Source: Paraphysomonas bandaiensis (taxonomy: Eukaryota > Protista > Chrysophyceae). Taken from it: 64,000 bases of DNA. Shown in pieces: positions 1 to 9,745 of the stretch (position 1 is the stretch's first letter; each line of letters starts with the position of its first letter). The DNA is taken from assembly GCA_965644295.1 (NCBI GenBank), contig CBFFRP010000425.1, forward strand, positions 1 to 64,000, written 5' to 3'. The notes under the pieces were generated by a model that searched no databases, was not told where the DNA came from, and saw only the letters and a list, made by a program, of their open reading frames with translations. The translations under genes were made by a program, and so were the position numbers.

Positions 1-1528
1 TCTTCCCCAACAAGTCAAACACATGCTGCGCAACATTCCGAGTCCTCAGAAAACTCTGACACTTTTCCTCTAACTGCCGATCCAGACTACTCTTGTACTC
101 CTTTCCCACCATATTACACCAGCGGCAGAATGTCTTATATCCACATGTCTCTGCTTCTTCCCGTGTCATAGTCTGTATTCCTGATAAAGGCCCTCTCATA
201 ACTCCCTTCCTATATACTCCTGCGTCGTTCTCCCAGTCATCACTATCTGTTTCATCAACTTCCTCCATTACACGCATCCTGTCTAAGGTCCTTCTATTGC
301 TATCACACATGCTCTCTCCTTTCTGTATCCACAACATCCTTGCCTTCTCTGATAACTCCTTCCTAGCAGCTAATAGCGCCTCTTGCTGAGCCTCCACATA
401 CTGTATCCTCTCCCCTATTCGGTTTAGTTCAGTCAGCTGGCTGAGCATCTTTATACCCGTCTCCATACTACCACTCAATAGTCTTCTTCGATTCCGGAGC
501 CAATATTCACACGCCTGACGGTGCGCTGCAGTCAACCCCTCATTCCCTACTCCTATCTCTAATTCTTTCATCAACAGTCGATGCAACTCTCTTTCACTCT
601 GTACACTTCTACTTAATCTCCCAATCTGTCCTTTTACACTCCGTTCTCTACTAGGCTCCACCAGCCATTCAGGTACTCTCATCTGCTTTTCTATCTCTTC
701 TCCAAGACCTCTGGATAGGTCCCTAAAATTCACTTCTCTCACAGAATCCTCTCGTTTACTATATCCAGGACCTCCTGATGGGCCCCTCACATCTTCTGCA
801 CTTGCATACTCATCTCTTCTACTATATCTAGGACCTCCTGATGGGCCCCTCATATCTTCTTCAGTTGCATAATCCTCTCTTCTACTATATCTAGGACCTC
901 CTGATGGGCCCTTCAAATCTTCATCTTTCATATAATCATCTCTTCTGGCATATCCAGGACCTCCTAACGGGCCCCTTAAATCTTCATCTTTCATATAATT
1001 ATCTCCAGGACCTCCTAATGGGCCCCTTACATCATCTGCTCTTGCGTAAACATCTCTTCTTTTAATCTTCTCTTCTCTTCCTGTGCTCCTCCACGAGCTC
1101 TTCATATCATCTCTACTACTCCTATCCCCCATCTCCAGGTCTCTGCCTCCAAGAATAGGATCACGCATCCATTCTATCTGCTCTGTAGACCTTCCAGACC
1201 AATTGGGTTGGGTTCCACCTTTCTTATCATCCATACTCTGCATCCTCAGCCCGTGCTCCAATAGGTCCTTCTGTGCATGGGACCGCAGTTCCTCCTTAGT
1301 CTCCTGTCTCTCCTCTCCCTCATGGTCTAGGCTGATACTCTCAATGTTTCCCTCTTCTGGCAAAGGCTCTCTCCGAGATCGTGCCGATAGTGCGCTGGGT
1401 GACGCATGGCTGAGTTGATCACTCTCAACCACTGTACCCAGCCCACGTTGTCCACCAAGTGTAACGACTACGGGTGATTGAGCCTCGCTATCATGACTAA
1501 CATTGCTGGTCTTATCATCCCTGTCCAT
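1..1528 (-). CDS. Long ORF (at least 509 codons, runs off the left edge) with 21-aa repeats; probable Gag-like protein of a second retroelement
   Basis: Manual translation from ATG at 1528 (MDRDDKTSNV...RGPSGGPRYSRR...HVFDLLGK) has no stop to position 1 and no introns. It is absent from the ORF track because no stop lies inside the window. The Gag identity is inferred from context only. Confidence 0.6.
   Translation of the reverse strand, partial: MDRDDKTSNVSHDSEAQSPVVVTLGGQRGLGTVVESDQLSHASPSALSARSRREPLPEEGNIESISLDHEGEERQETKEELRSHAQKDLLEHGLRMQSMDDKKGGTQPNWSGRSTEQIEWMRDPILGGRDLEMGDRSSRDDMKSSWRSTGREEKIKRRDVYARADDVRGPLGGPGDNYMKDEDLRGPLGGPGYARRDDYMKDEDLKGPSGGPRYSRREDYATEEDMRGPSGGPRYSRRDEYASAEDVRGPSGGPGYSKREDSVREVNFRDLSRGLGEEIEKQMRVPEWLVEPSRERSVKGQIGRLSRSVQSERELHRLLMKELEIGVGNEGLTAAHRQACEYWLRNRRRLLSGSMETGIKMLSQLTELNRIGERIQYVEAQQEALLAARKELSEKARMLWIQKGESMCDSNRRTLDRMRVMEEVDETDSDDWENDAGVYRKGVMRGPLSGIQTMTREEAETCGYKTFCRWCNMVGKEYKSSLDRQLEEKCQSFLRTRNVAQHVFDLLGK
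758..1060. repeat. Tandem repeat, 63-bp unit, ~5 copies (coding, RGPSGGPxYSRR)
   Basis: ggacctcct(g/a)a(t/c)ggg(c)cc recurs at 768, 831, 894, 957 (63-bp spacing) and 1008 (51-bp spacing). Confidence 0.9.
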
Positions 1529-1687
1529 GTGCACAGGTGATGTGGGGTAGGATAGTCTTCTCACAACACTCTTCAATTAACTTCCTCTTCTTACTCTTTA
1601 CTTCGCTACTTCTTAACTTTCAACAACTACAATATCAACTTTCACTATTATATCTAAAACTCCATATCCTTCTACCTATATCCCCAT

Positions 1688-1980
1688 TATTAGAATATGG
1701 ACTGTATCCTAGTATATTCAATGTGGTACTTGAAGACAATGTACGAGAATACAGTGAAGTATGGTGATGTGTAGATGCTGTTATGATATTGAGAAAACTG
1801 AAATAGTTTGCTCTTTCAAGATATGTTTAGTAGCGAAAGGTCTACAGAAGTAGTGATTTATGCATGGCACAAAACGAGCTTGTGTTGTTTAACACAATTT
1901 GTGTAAACGATATTAATAAATCTATCTAGTCTAACAACTTAATCTCTCTTTGATCTAAGTAAAATGAGCATTTCCCAACA
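1688..1980 (+). repeat. 5' LTR (TA...CA termini)
   Basis: tattagaatatgg...tttcccaaca, matches 6850-7142. Confidence 0.95.
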
Positions 1981-4900
1981 TGGTAGCGAGCGAGGAGGAG
2001 AGAAGGAGGATAGAGGAGTAGTTCCTCAGTTCAACGAGACTAACGTTGAACAATGGATTGAGGACTTCGAGACATTCCTTATGAGGAAGGAACAAAGCGA
2101 GGTAGCGGTGGAACTGCCACCTAAGGAGAGCGACTTCGGGGAGCAGCCACTTACGTTGATGGAGGAGAAGGCGTACAGACAGGCTGTGAAGAGGTATTGG
2201 AAGGCGAACGCCATAGCTTATTCTTACTGCAGGGATGCGGTGCAGCATTCCCCGAAAGCGCTGCGTAAATTCCATCTTACCCACAAAGCGTTCAAGGCAG
2301 AAGGGAGTGGTGTAAACAGGTTCAAAACACATGTAATGATTGATGAGTTGAAGAAGTGTTTTGCTGGAGGGAAGCAAAATAGGATCAGTGACCTCTTAAC
2401 TCAATATGGTTCTTTCCGTATGCGTCCGGAGGAGACGGCGAAGGACTACGTACTACGGTTCGAACTACTGCTGAAGGAACTACAGGAGCAGCAGCAGGAT
2501 ATCTCGGAGGTATCAAAAACAAGTCGACTACGAGAAGGCTTGCTCAATGAAGAGTATGCTCAACTGAGAGTTGGATTATACTTGATGGATGATGATGTTA
2601 ATTATGTAACTGTATCACGTAAGATAGAAGGCTATGATGATACTATGGCTGGGAAGGAAGCGTTGGAGAAGAAGCGTAAAAGAGTGGAGGAGCTGAACCT
2701 GATAGACAGTAAGAAACGATATCGCAGAGAGAGGGATCATCGTAAGAAGAACAACGGTAAGAAGAAGCCGATGAAGAAGGATACAGAGATTACAGGGCAG
2801 CGACCTGGAAGTGCCGAATATACTGGGTGCAGAAATTGTAAGTCAAAGGAACATCTTGCCATCGATTGTCCAGCATCGAAAAAGAAGTACTCGCAAAGCA
2901 AGAGCAAGGCTGTGAGGTTTCAAGATGGAAGGAAACCAGACAAAAGACTACTTACAGTTGAAAACATCAGGCGTGGAGAGCCAGCGGATTTGTCTGACGA
3001 AGACGAAGCAAATATGATCGAGCAACAGGAAGAGTATCACTTGTCATGTAATGTGTATGAGACGAATATATGCAGTAGTGTGCATGAGGATATTCACTAT
3101 ACATACATTGATACCTGTTGTTCGTCATCAATGTTTTTGATAAATGATGTGAATATACTTGATAGTCATATGCACACATCAAAGGTTATTAATGGTTCGA
3201 AAAAAGGGTCAGAGATATGCGTCACGAGTGTAGGTTCCCGTGGAGCATGGAAGAACATTGAGGTATCAAGTCAGATAAATCGGTGTCTTTGTTCTGGACG
3301 GAAGTTGAACGATATGGGATATCGATTTACTGTATGGTATGGTATACAGATATATGACAGAAATACGGATGAGCTGGTGTTGGAGGGACCTATGAAGAAT
3401 GGAATGACTGCTGTGCCAACACAGCAGTTATTGGAGCTTCCAGACGTATCGACATCCAGTGATTCAGAAGTAAATCTCAGTGACCGTACGGGTGAGGATG
3501 AACTGGAGCTGTTACATAGGAGAGCGGGTCATTTTAACAAGCATGCGTTGGTAGAAGCCCACAAAAGAATGCTAATTATTGGGACTGGACTGAAACGAAA
3601 ACATCTCTCGAAACGTGTTTCCAAAGAACAGTGTCTATGTGATGTATGCGCCAGGGCGAAGATCACCAGAGTAAGTTTTCGGACAAAGGATGAGGACTCC
3701 GTTCGTCCAAATTTCTCGGCCGATATAGCAGTATACTTAAATTGTCCAGCTCGAGGAGGGGAAATATATGTGCTCAAACTAACACACCATGCCAGTCGGA
3801 TGTTCTGGTCGGAAGGGCTTGTTCATAGGACTGGGTCATCGGTACTGCAGGTTTTCAAGAAGATTTTTGAAGGAGATGTGAAAAGGTACAAATTAGAAAT
3901 GCATCATTACCATGCAGATGGAGCAGGGGAGCTAATATGTGATGAGCTGCGACAATATCTTAGGTCACAGGGTTGCTATCAACATACGTGGAGCTCTACG
4001 GACTCTCCTGAGATGAACGCGATTGAGGAGCGGAAATTCAGGACCTGTGGTGAGATGACATTAGCGATGCTGATTCAGTCAGGATTGCCTTCACAGTTTT
4101 GGCTAGATGCCTACATGGCAGCCAGGTACATATTAATTCGATTGCCTACAAAGACAGCGAAGGGGTATATGTCCCCTCTTGAATTTTTGACTGGTGAGGC
4201 TCCCAACCTGAAATATCTCAGAGTATGGGGGTGTCGTGCGTATGTCCTCACTACAAAGGCGGATCGACGGAAAGACTGGGACGACAAGGCCCTTATCGGA
4301 TATCTGATAGGATATTCAGATGAAAAGGTAGGATATGATGTATATCTACCTGCGACTGATAGGGTCGTCACGTCGGTACATGTATTAACTGATGAGTCCA
4401 TACCGTCACGCTCGGAGAGCTATTTCGCTGAGATAGATGCTCTTCGAGTGAAGGAGGCCGAGAGACCGAAAATTGTGTCTGACTATGCGGGCTTAGAAGG
4501 TACATATCATATTGATGATGAGGATGGTCTTCTCTACAAGACCACGAGAGTAGTAGAACGAAAGGGGGTAATAGTAGCCTATCGATCTCTGGTAACTGCA
4601 GGTCGGAAGCATATCGAGCACCGGGTGCCGATTCACGTCGAGGACGTAGTGCGAATGACTGCAGAAACTCCCGGGAATACCGGATATATAGGAAAGGGGG
4701 ACGCCCTGAGTACTATGCCAGCCAGGGTGCTGGACCAGGGAAGACCTGGAGGGTTACAGGAGAGTCCTGACCCAACCTGTCAGGAGACAGCTGTGAGGTT
4801 GCAGACCTCTGAAGACTATGAGTCTGGGGTTGTGAGCGGGGCTCCTCCCACAACGCACGATGTGCGTGCTCAGGATGAGCAAGGTACGGGTTCTTATATA

Positions 4901-6676
4901 CCTCGTCGACCGATTGAACTAGATGGTGATGGTCGGGTCCGACGCAAACGGCTGCAGCGGAGACTGGCAAACGCGTCAGTTTTAGGAGAGATTAATATGG
5001 TTGAAGTACCGGATGCGCATAATATTGATCTTAACCATGCAGAGACAGAAGATATCAAGATACCAAATTCATATGCCGAGGCAGAGAGATCTCCACAGTA
5101 TCAACAATGGAGAAAAGCTCGAATGGTGGAGAAGACATCATTGCTGAAAAGACGTGTCTTGAAGATCGTGAAAATTCCAAGCGGAGTGAAATTAGTTAGA
5201 GCGAAATATGTGCATACGGTGAAGCGAGACATACTAGGGAATATAGTAAAGTACAAGGCTCGGCTAGTGGCATTAGGAAATCTCCAAGAGAAGAAGGAGG
5301 AGGAGCCGTCCACTTTCGCTCCAGTGGTTAAGGGTATAACCATTAGACTAGTGTTAGCGATTGCGTTTATGTTACAGATGCATGTGCATCAATTAGATGT
5401 ATCATCCGCATTTTGCTATGCAGATCTGGAGGATGACGTGTATATGGCACCTCCACCAGATGAGGAATTACTAGCTGGATGGTGTTTTCAACTAATCAAG
5501 GCATTGTATGGACTGCGATCTTCACCGCGACAGTGGAATAAACATATTGACAAGTTTATTAAATCATTGCATTTTACTCCGTGTATTTTGGATACGTGTT
5601 TGTATATGCGATGGAGTAACGGAAAACTGCATTTATTATTGATATATGTTGATGATATCATAATTGCATCCGCTGATCTGACTTACTTGGAAAGCGTAAA
5701 GCGTAGGTTCTGTGAAACATTCGAGATGCATGATCTGGGAGTGTGTAAGCGATTTCTGAACATCAGGATAACCAGAGGAGAAAATTGGTATATGTTAGAT
5801 CAATCTGAGTATGCTAAGAATATTATCAAGAAATTCAGCTCAGTTATGGGAAAGAGTAGTAAGAATAAGGAGGCCCCACTACCTACTAATGTTCAGGATC
5901 TGTTGGCAGAGGAACGTGAACTTACGGAGGAGCAGAAGCAGTGGGTTGACTCATTTCCGTATCGGCAAATTATTGGAGCAGTGTTGTATCTAGCAATGCA
6001 TACTAGACCTGATCTGGCTTATGCAGTGGGGTTATTGTCTCGATTTAGTAGTTGTCCGACATATGCATCGTGCAAACTGGCGATTCACTTATTGAAATAT
6101 TTGCGTGGAACAATTGATGAGGGCATCAGATTCAGTGGGAGTGAGTTCGACTTACATGTGTTCAGTGATTCAGATTGGGCTGGTGATAGACTGACTCGGC
6201 GATCGACAACAGGATACATTGTGTTCTTATGTGCAGGCGCATTGGCCTGGCAGTCTAAACTACAGACCACAGTTGCAACTTCGAGCATGGAATCTGAATA
6301 TATGGCGGAGTATGCGGCTATGCAAGAACTGGTGTGGCTTCGGGGGGTGTTCAAGGAGCTCGGGCTCTTAGTTGCGAAGCCGACTCCATTCTTTATGGAT
6401 AGCAAGAGTGCGAAAGATCTCTCCGAGAATCCTGTGTATCATAAGAGGTCGAAGCATATAGACATCAAGTATCACTGGGTGAGAGAGCATGTAAATGGAA
6501 AATTTCCTACGGCAAAGTTGATTCATGTGTCGACGGATGATATGGCGGCTGATATTTTCACGAAGGCATTGTCAACGAAACTTTTCAGTCGTCATGAGAA
6601 AACTATTACCGGGGTTAAGAGAAGTGTGTCAACCAGAGTTGAGGAGCAGCAGAAGAAGCGACCCCGAAGAGGTTAA
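1964..6676 (+). CDS. Copia Gag-Pol polyprotein (Gag, PR, IN, RT, RNase H)
   Basis: Zinc knuckle CRNCKSKEHLAIDC; protease-position YIDTCCS; integrase HRRAGH..CDVC plus D/D/E residues (SADIA, HADGAGE, IEERK); RT YKARLVA, LYGLRSSPRQW, YVDD; RNase H FSDSDWAGD and RSKHIDIKYH. IN-before-RT order defines copia. Confidence 0.97.
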   Translation: MSISQHGSERGGEKEDRGVVPQFNETNVEQWIEDFETFLMRKEQSEVAVELPPKESDFGEQPLTLMEEKAYRQAVKRYWKANAIAYSYCRDAVQHSPKALRKFHLTHKAFKAEGSGVNRFKTHVMIDELKKCFAGGKQNRISDLLTQYGSFRMRPEETAKDYVLRFELLLKELQEQQQDISEVSKTSRLREGLLNEEYAQLRVGLYLMDDDVNYVTVSRKIEGYDDTMAGKEALEKKRKRVEELNLIDSKKRYRRERDHRKKNNGKKKPMKKDTEITGQRPGSAEYTGCRNCKSKEHLAIDCPASKKKYSQSKSKAVRFQDGRKPDKRLLTVENIRRGEPADLSDEDEANMIEQQEEYHLSCNVYETNICSSVHEDIHYTYIDTCCSSSMFLINDVNILDSHMHTSKVINGSKKGSEICVTSVGSRGAWKNIEVSSQINRCLCSGRKLNDMGYRFTVWYGIQIYDRNTDELVLEGPMKNGMTAVPTQQLLELPDVSTSSDSEVNLSDRTGEDELELLHRRAGHFNKHALVEAHKRMLIIGTGLKRKHLSKRVSKEQCLCDVCARAKITRVSFRTKDEDSVRPNFSADIAVYLNCPARGGEIYVLKLTHHASRMFWSEGLVHRTGSSVLQVFKKIFEGDVKRYKLEMHHYHADGAGELICDELRQYLRSQGCYQHTWSSTDSPEMNAIEERKFRTCGEMTLAMLIQSGLPSQFWLDAYMAARYILIRLPTKTAKGYMSPLEFLTGEAPNLKYLRVWGCRAYVLTTKADRRKDWDDKALIGYLIGYSDEKVGYDVYLPATDRVVTSVHVLTDESIPSRSESYFAEIDALRVKEAERPKIVSDYAGLEGTYHIDDEDGLLYKTTRVVERKGVIVAYRSLVTAGRKHIEHRVPIHVEDVVRMTAETPGNTGYIGKGDALSTMPARVLDQGRPGGLQESPDPTCQETAVRLQTSEDYESGVVSGAPPTTHDVRAQDEQGTGSYIPRRPIELDGDGRVRRKRLQRRLANASVLGEINMVEVPDAHNIDLNHAETEDIKIPNSYAEAERSPQYQQWRKARMVEKTSLLKRRVLKIVKIPSGVKLVRAKYVHTVKRDILGNIVKYKARLVALGNLQEKKEEEPSTFAPVVKGITIRLVLAIAFMLQMHVHQLDVSSAFCYADLEDDVYMAPPPDEELLAGWCFQLIKALYGLRSSPRQWNKHIDKFIKSLHFTPCILDTCLYMRWSNGKLHLLLIYVDDIIIASADLTYLESVKRRFCETFEMHDLGVCKRFLNIRITRGENWYMLDQSEYAKNIIKKFSSVMGKSSKNKEAPLPTNVQDLLAEERELTEEQKQWVDSFPYRQIIGAVLYLAMHTRPDLAYAVGLLSRFSSCPTYASCKLAIHLLKYLRGTIDEGIRFSGSEFDLHVFSDSDWAGDRLTRRSTTGYIVFLCAGALAWQSKLQTTVATSSMESEYMAEYAAMQELVWLRGVFKELGLLVAKPTPFFMDSKSAKDLSENPVYHKRSKHIDIKYHWVREHVNGKFPTAKLIHVSTDDMAADIFTKALSTKLFSRHEKTITGVKRSVSTRVEEQQKKRPRRG
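1981..1992 (+). promoter_or_regulatory. Primer binding site (probably tRNA-iMet)
   Basis: tggtagcgagcg directly follows the LTR-terminal CA. TGGTA fits a tRNA ending U72-A73-CCA, as initiator tRNA does. Confidence 0.75.
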
Positions 6677-6840
6677 AGGTGTGTTTTAGTGGGTGAGAAT
6701 CCCACATAACTATATATCTAGTTGACTGCTAGTTATATATGTATCTTGATAAGATTTCACATCTATTTTACCTATGAGACTAGTTTATAGCATGAAGATC
6801 ACTGTACTCATTGTTGTTTCGTATCACTGCATTCTACATT

Positions 6841-6849
6841 GAGTGGGAG
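6841..6849 (+). promoter_or_regulatory. Polypurine tract
   Basis: gagtgggag abuts the 3' LTR. Confidence 0.8.
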
Positions 6850-7142
6850 TATTAGAATATGGACTGTATCCTAGTATATTCAATGTGGTACTTGAAGACA
6901 ATGTACGAGAATACAGTGAAGTATGGTGATGTGTAGATGCTGTTATGATATTGAGAAAACTGAAATAGTTTGCTCTTTCAAGATATGTTTAGTAGCGAAA
7001 GGTCTACAGAAGTAGTGATTTATGCATGGCACAAAACGAGCTTGTGTTGTTTAACACAATTTGTGTAAACGATATTAATAAATCTATCTAGTCTAACAAC
7101 TTAATCTCTCTTTGATCTAAGTAAAATGAGCATTTCCCAACA
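6850..7142 (+). repeat. 3' LTR
   Basis: Matches 1688-1980 and is followed by the TSD cccat. Confidence 0.95.
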
Positions 7143-7284
7143 CCCATAGTTAATTCTAGAAGTGGTTTCCCAGCCATAAATAGCTAGTTTTCTACTTCCA
7201 GAAATAATCATATAGAAATCCCTTAACATCCTGCTATCTACTCCTATATCATCCTACAGAATACCTACGTATACCATCATAATA

Positions 7285-7483
7285 CTGTACGGGTTACCAT
7301 GACCGTCCGTTACATCCGTATGTACGGGTAGTTCCGGTACACTCCAACCTTATATCTGGCCTTAATACTCGTATCTTCTGATCTAATCATAACTACCATC
7401 TACATCTCATTTCATACTACAACCTACATCACTTCATCTTATTCTTCAGCCATAACAACCTCCTAAATCACCCATACTTGACA
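7285..7483 (-). mobile_element. Candidate 5' LTR (7483-7300) plus PBS (7299-7285) of the host retroelement into which the copia inserted
   Basis: The minus strand reads tgtcaag...ggtca then tggtaacccgtacag (TG..CA followed by TGG, PBS-like). Strand composition is continuous with 1-1687. The partner LTR is outside the window. Confidence 0.4.
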
Positions 7484-7486
7484 TAC

Positions 7487-7618
7487 CCAATTTTGCTACA
7501 ATTGCAATTAATTGCAGTTAATTGCAATAGTTGAAATTGAGACAGCAAGTAATAATTGCAATTATAATTGACTACAACCTGCGTCAATTAATTGACAATT
7601 AATTGATACGCAGCCCTG
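7487..7618 (-). mobile_element. Terminal fragment of hAT-like non-autonomous family A (TIR cagggctgcgtatcaattaattg)
   Basis: Ends in gatacgcagccctg, and its reverse complement matches the left end of 33514-34732. Confidence 0.75.
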
Positions 7619-7929
7619 CTTCTTAAGGAGTGCACGACTTTGTGAATGAAAACTTAAAAGGTGGGATACTAACGAAGTGGGTCCACGATATTTCTGAGCT
7701 GCTATATACCATTGACAACAAAAGAGGTCTGAACAAATGCTTAATACACTGACACTTAGTTTACCAAAGGCCGCAGAAAGATTGCGTCCAATATTACCCA
7801 AAATGTTAATGAAGGCGTGTAGTAAAGATTGTGATCTGAAGAGCTAGATGCCAGCTAATCACTGCGACAAACATGTGCAAATATTTACACCATCCAAAGC
7901 ACTCGCATAAATCATCTTTTCCGGCTGGC

Positions 7930-9257
7930 TCACATACAGGGCAAGAGATAGTTCCTAGCTCTTTCCGCGTGAAGTTTAAGTCTTTCGTCCTCCATCTGGT
8001 CGATACTGCACATCCAGGATGAAGCCGTGTCCGCTCCAACGGATTCCAGAACCCTAGGTGCAAGCCCACTGCAAAGGTTAGCGAGTGTACGGGCACACTC
8101 TCTCCTCATTTCAGCAGAGTAAAAAGGTCCATCGACAGATAGACTAAGGAGAGCAGGGAGAAATGCTTTTGAACTAACCATCACATCCTGGCAAGGTCGG
8201 GAAGAAGAAATATTCGCAAGGGCGCAAACTGCGTGCTGACTGCAACCTCCATCCTCCGACTGTACAAGCTGCACAAGGGCACTGACGCATCCAGAGTCAC
8301 ACATTACCCGATGCATATCCTGCTGTAGCGAGAGATCACAGAGAATCTTCGCAGCCTCAGTCCTACTCTCGATGTGCTTACTGTTGGCCATGCCTAAAAT
8401 AGGGAGAATAGCCTTGGCCGCCTCCTCAGCACTGAGTGGCTCACACACCGGAAGAGGGATGCTCTCCCCACCCCGACCACTGCCAATGGCAGTATCAACA
8501 GGAGAGTCTCCAGGGCAGAGAGACAGTTTAATTTCACGGAATATCTTAGAGAACGGAATTCCGTCGCCCTAAATGTAGAGTAAGTATTGTACCTCTATGA
8601 CAGTAAAATCTTACCGATAAACGGTTTCCTTCGACGACGAAACCGCCCTCATTTTCCTTATACACATTAATCTCAAATTTGCAACGAGATGAACCCCTTA
8701 AATAAATTGCTTCCCACTGTTCCATAGTCATATCAGCTACAATGACGATAAGAGTACAGCTATATACTTACACGACATTGGTCTTTGTGAAACTTGTATG
8801 ACACTTCGAATAGTCTGTTGAGTTGAATTTCAACACTTGTGACTAATTCAGTCAGACAGAGCGCACACAGAAACTGAGACGGTCCAATATAAAACGGCTT
8901 TTCTGGCACGCTAACATCATTTGAATGGCCCTGAATGATAGTAGGAACCCCAACAGAATGCTTGGTTAAAAACTGATCATCTGAAGGCACAGTATTACTA
9001 CTTTTTCTTAGCTGAGGAGGACCTGCTACTGCCGCTGTAGGCTCATGTCTGCTAAACATAGGAGCCATACATGCCAATGAGGATGGATCAATCGCTTGTA
9101 TGGACCTGTACTTCGTATCAAAATCCACTGCCTCGAAAGAAAAGTCTTTCTGATCGATCGACGACACAGCATCCGAGTTAAAGTCGCGTATGTCATAGGA
9201 ATCAATTTCAAAGTCGTTAAACTCACGAAAAATGTGCTGAGAGCGGAAATCGTCCAT
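7930..9257 (-). CDS. KA1-like domain + armadillo-repeat protein (exons 9257-8772, 8716-8615, 8568-7930)
   Basis: GT-AG introns join ...QCR|WEAIYLRG...KFEINVY...VEGNRLS|GDGIPFSKIFREIK (KA1-like) to ARM-like repeats (EAAKILCDLS, AVCALANIS, ECARTLANL). Confidence 0.75.
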
Positions 9258-9685
9258 GTCAACCCAACTCCAGTGACGACTACTTAACTGCTCATGGTAG
9301 CACGAATATGAAGATGATTCCCTGTTTCAAATCTTAAGAGACTAGCAAGCAGTGAAATGTGTGTGACTGCAGGCGATCATACACGATGCATCAATGCTGC
9401 TCTGCGATCACACATCTTGAAAAGACTCCTTCATATTCCGACGTATCTTGAACGGACAACTGTCTTATCCAATCTATTAGTCTGTTTATTGAACGATTGG
9501 ATGAAAATGGATAATAGAATTTACAGAGAATATGTTTTCGAAGGCAGCGGTTGCTGTGTGGGGTTCGGCAAAATGGTTGCTGTGTGGGGGCTGGCGAAGG
9601 ATATGTAGTCTGATGGACTACTGTCACAGTACGGTCAAAATACAATGAGAGTACAAACGCATACGACTAGGAATTCCTACAACTG

Positions 9686-9745
9686 AACTGCTGCTGTATG
9701 GTGCTGCTGCTGCATGGTGCTGCTGCTGCTGCTGCTGTATGGTGT
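9686..9745. repeat. Interrupted (CTG)n / ctgctgctgtatggtg repeat
   Basis: Directly visible. Confidence 0.8.

Larger units (their letters stand above)
1688..7142 (+). mobile_element. Full-length Ty1/copia LTR retrotransposon
   Basis: Two 293-bp LTRs (1688-1980, 6850-7142) read identical. 5-bp TSD cccat at 1683-1687 and 7143-7147. PBS at 1981, PPT at 6841-6849, single intact gag-pol ORF. Confidence 0.97.

Noticed and set aside
758-1060. Regularly spaced repeats as a CRISPR array
   Set aside because: The spacers are themselves similar, the unit is a multiple of 3 inside an ORF, and no cas genes are present.
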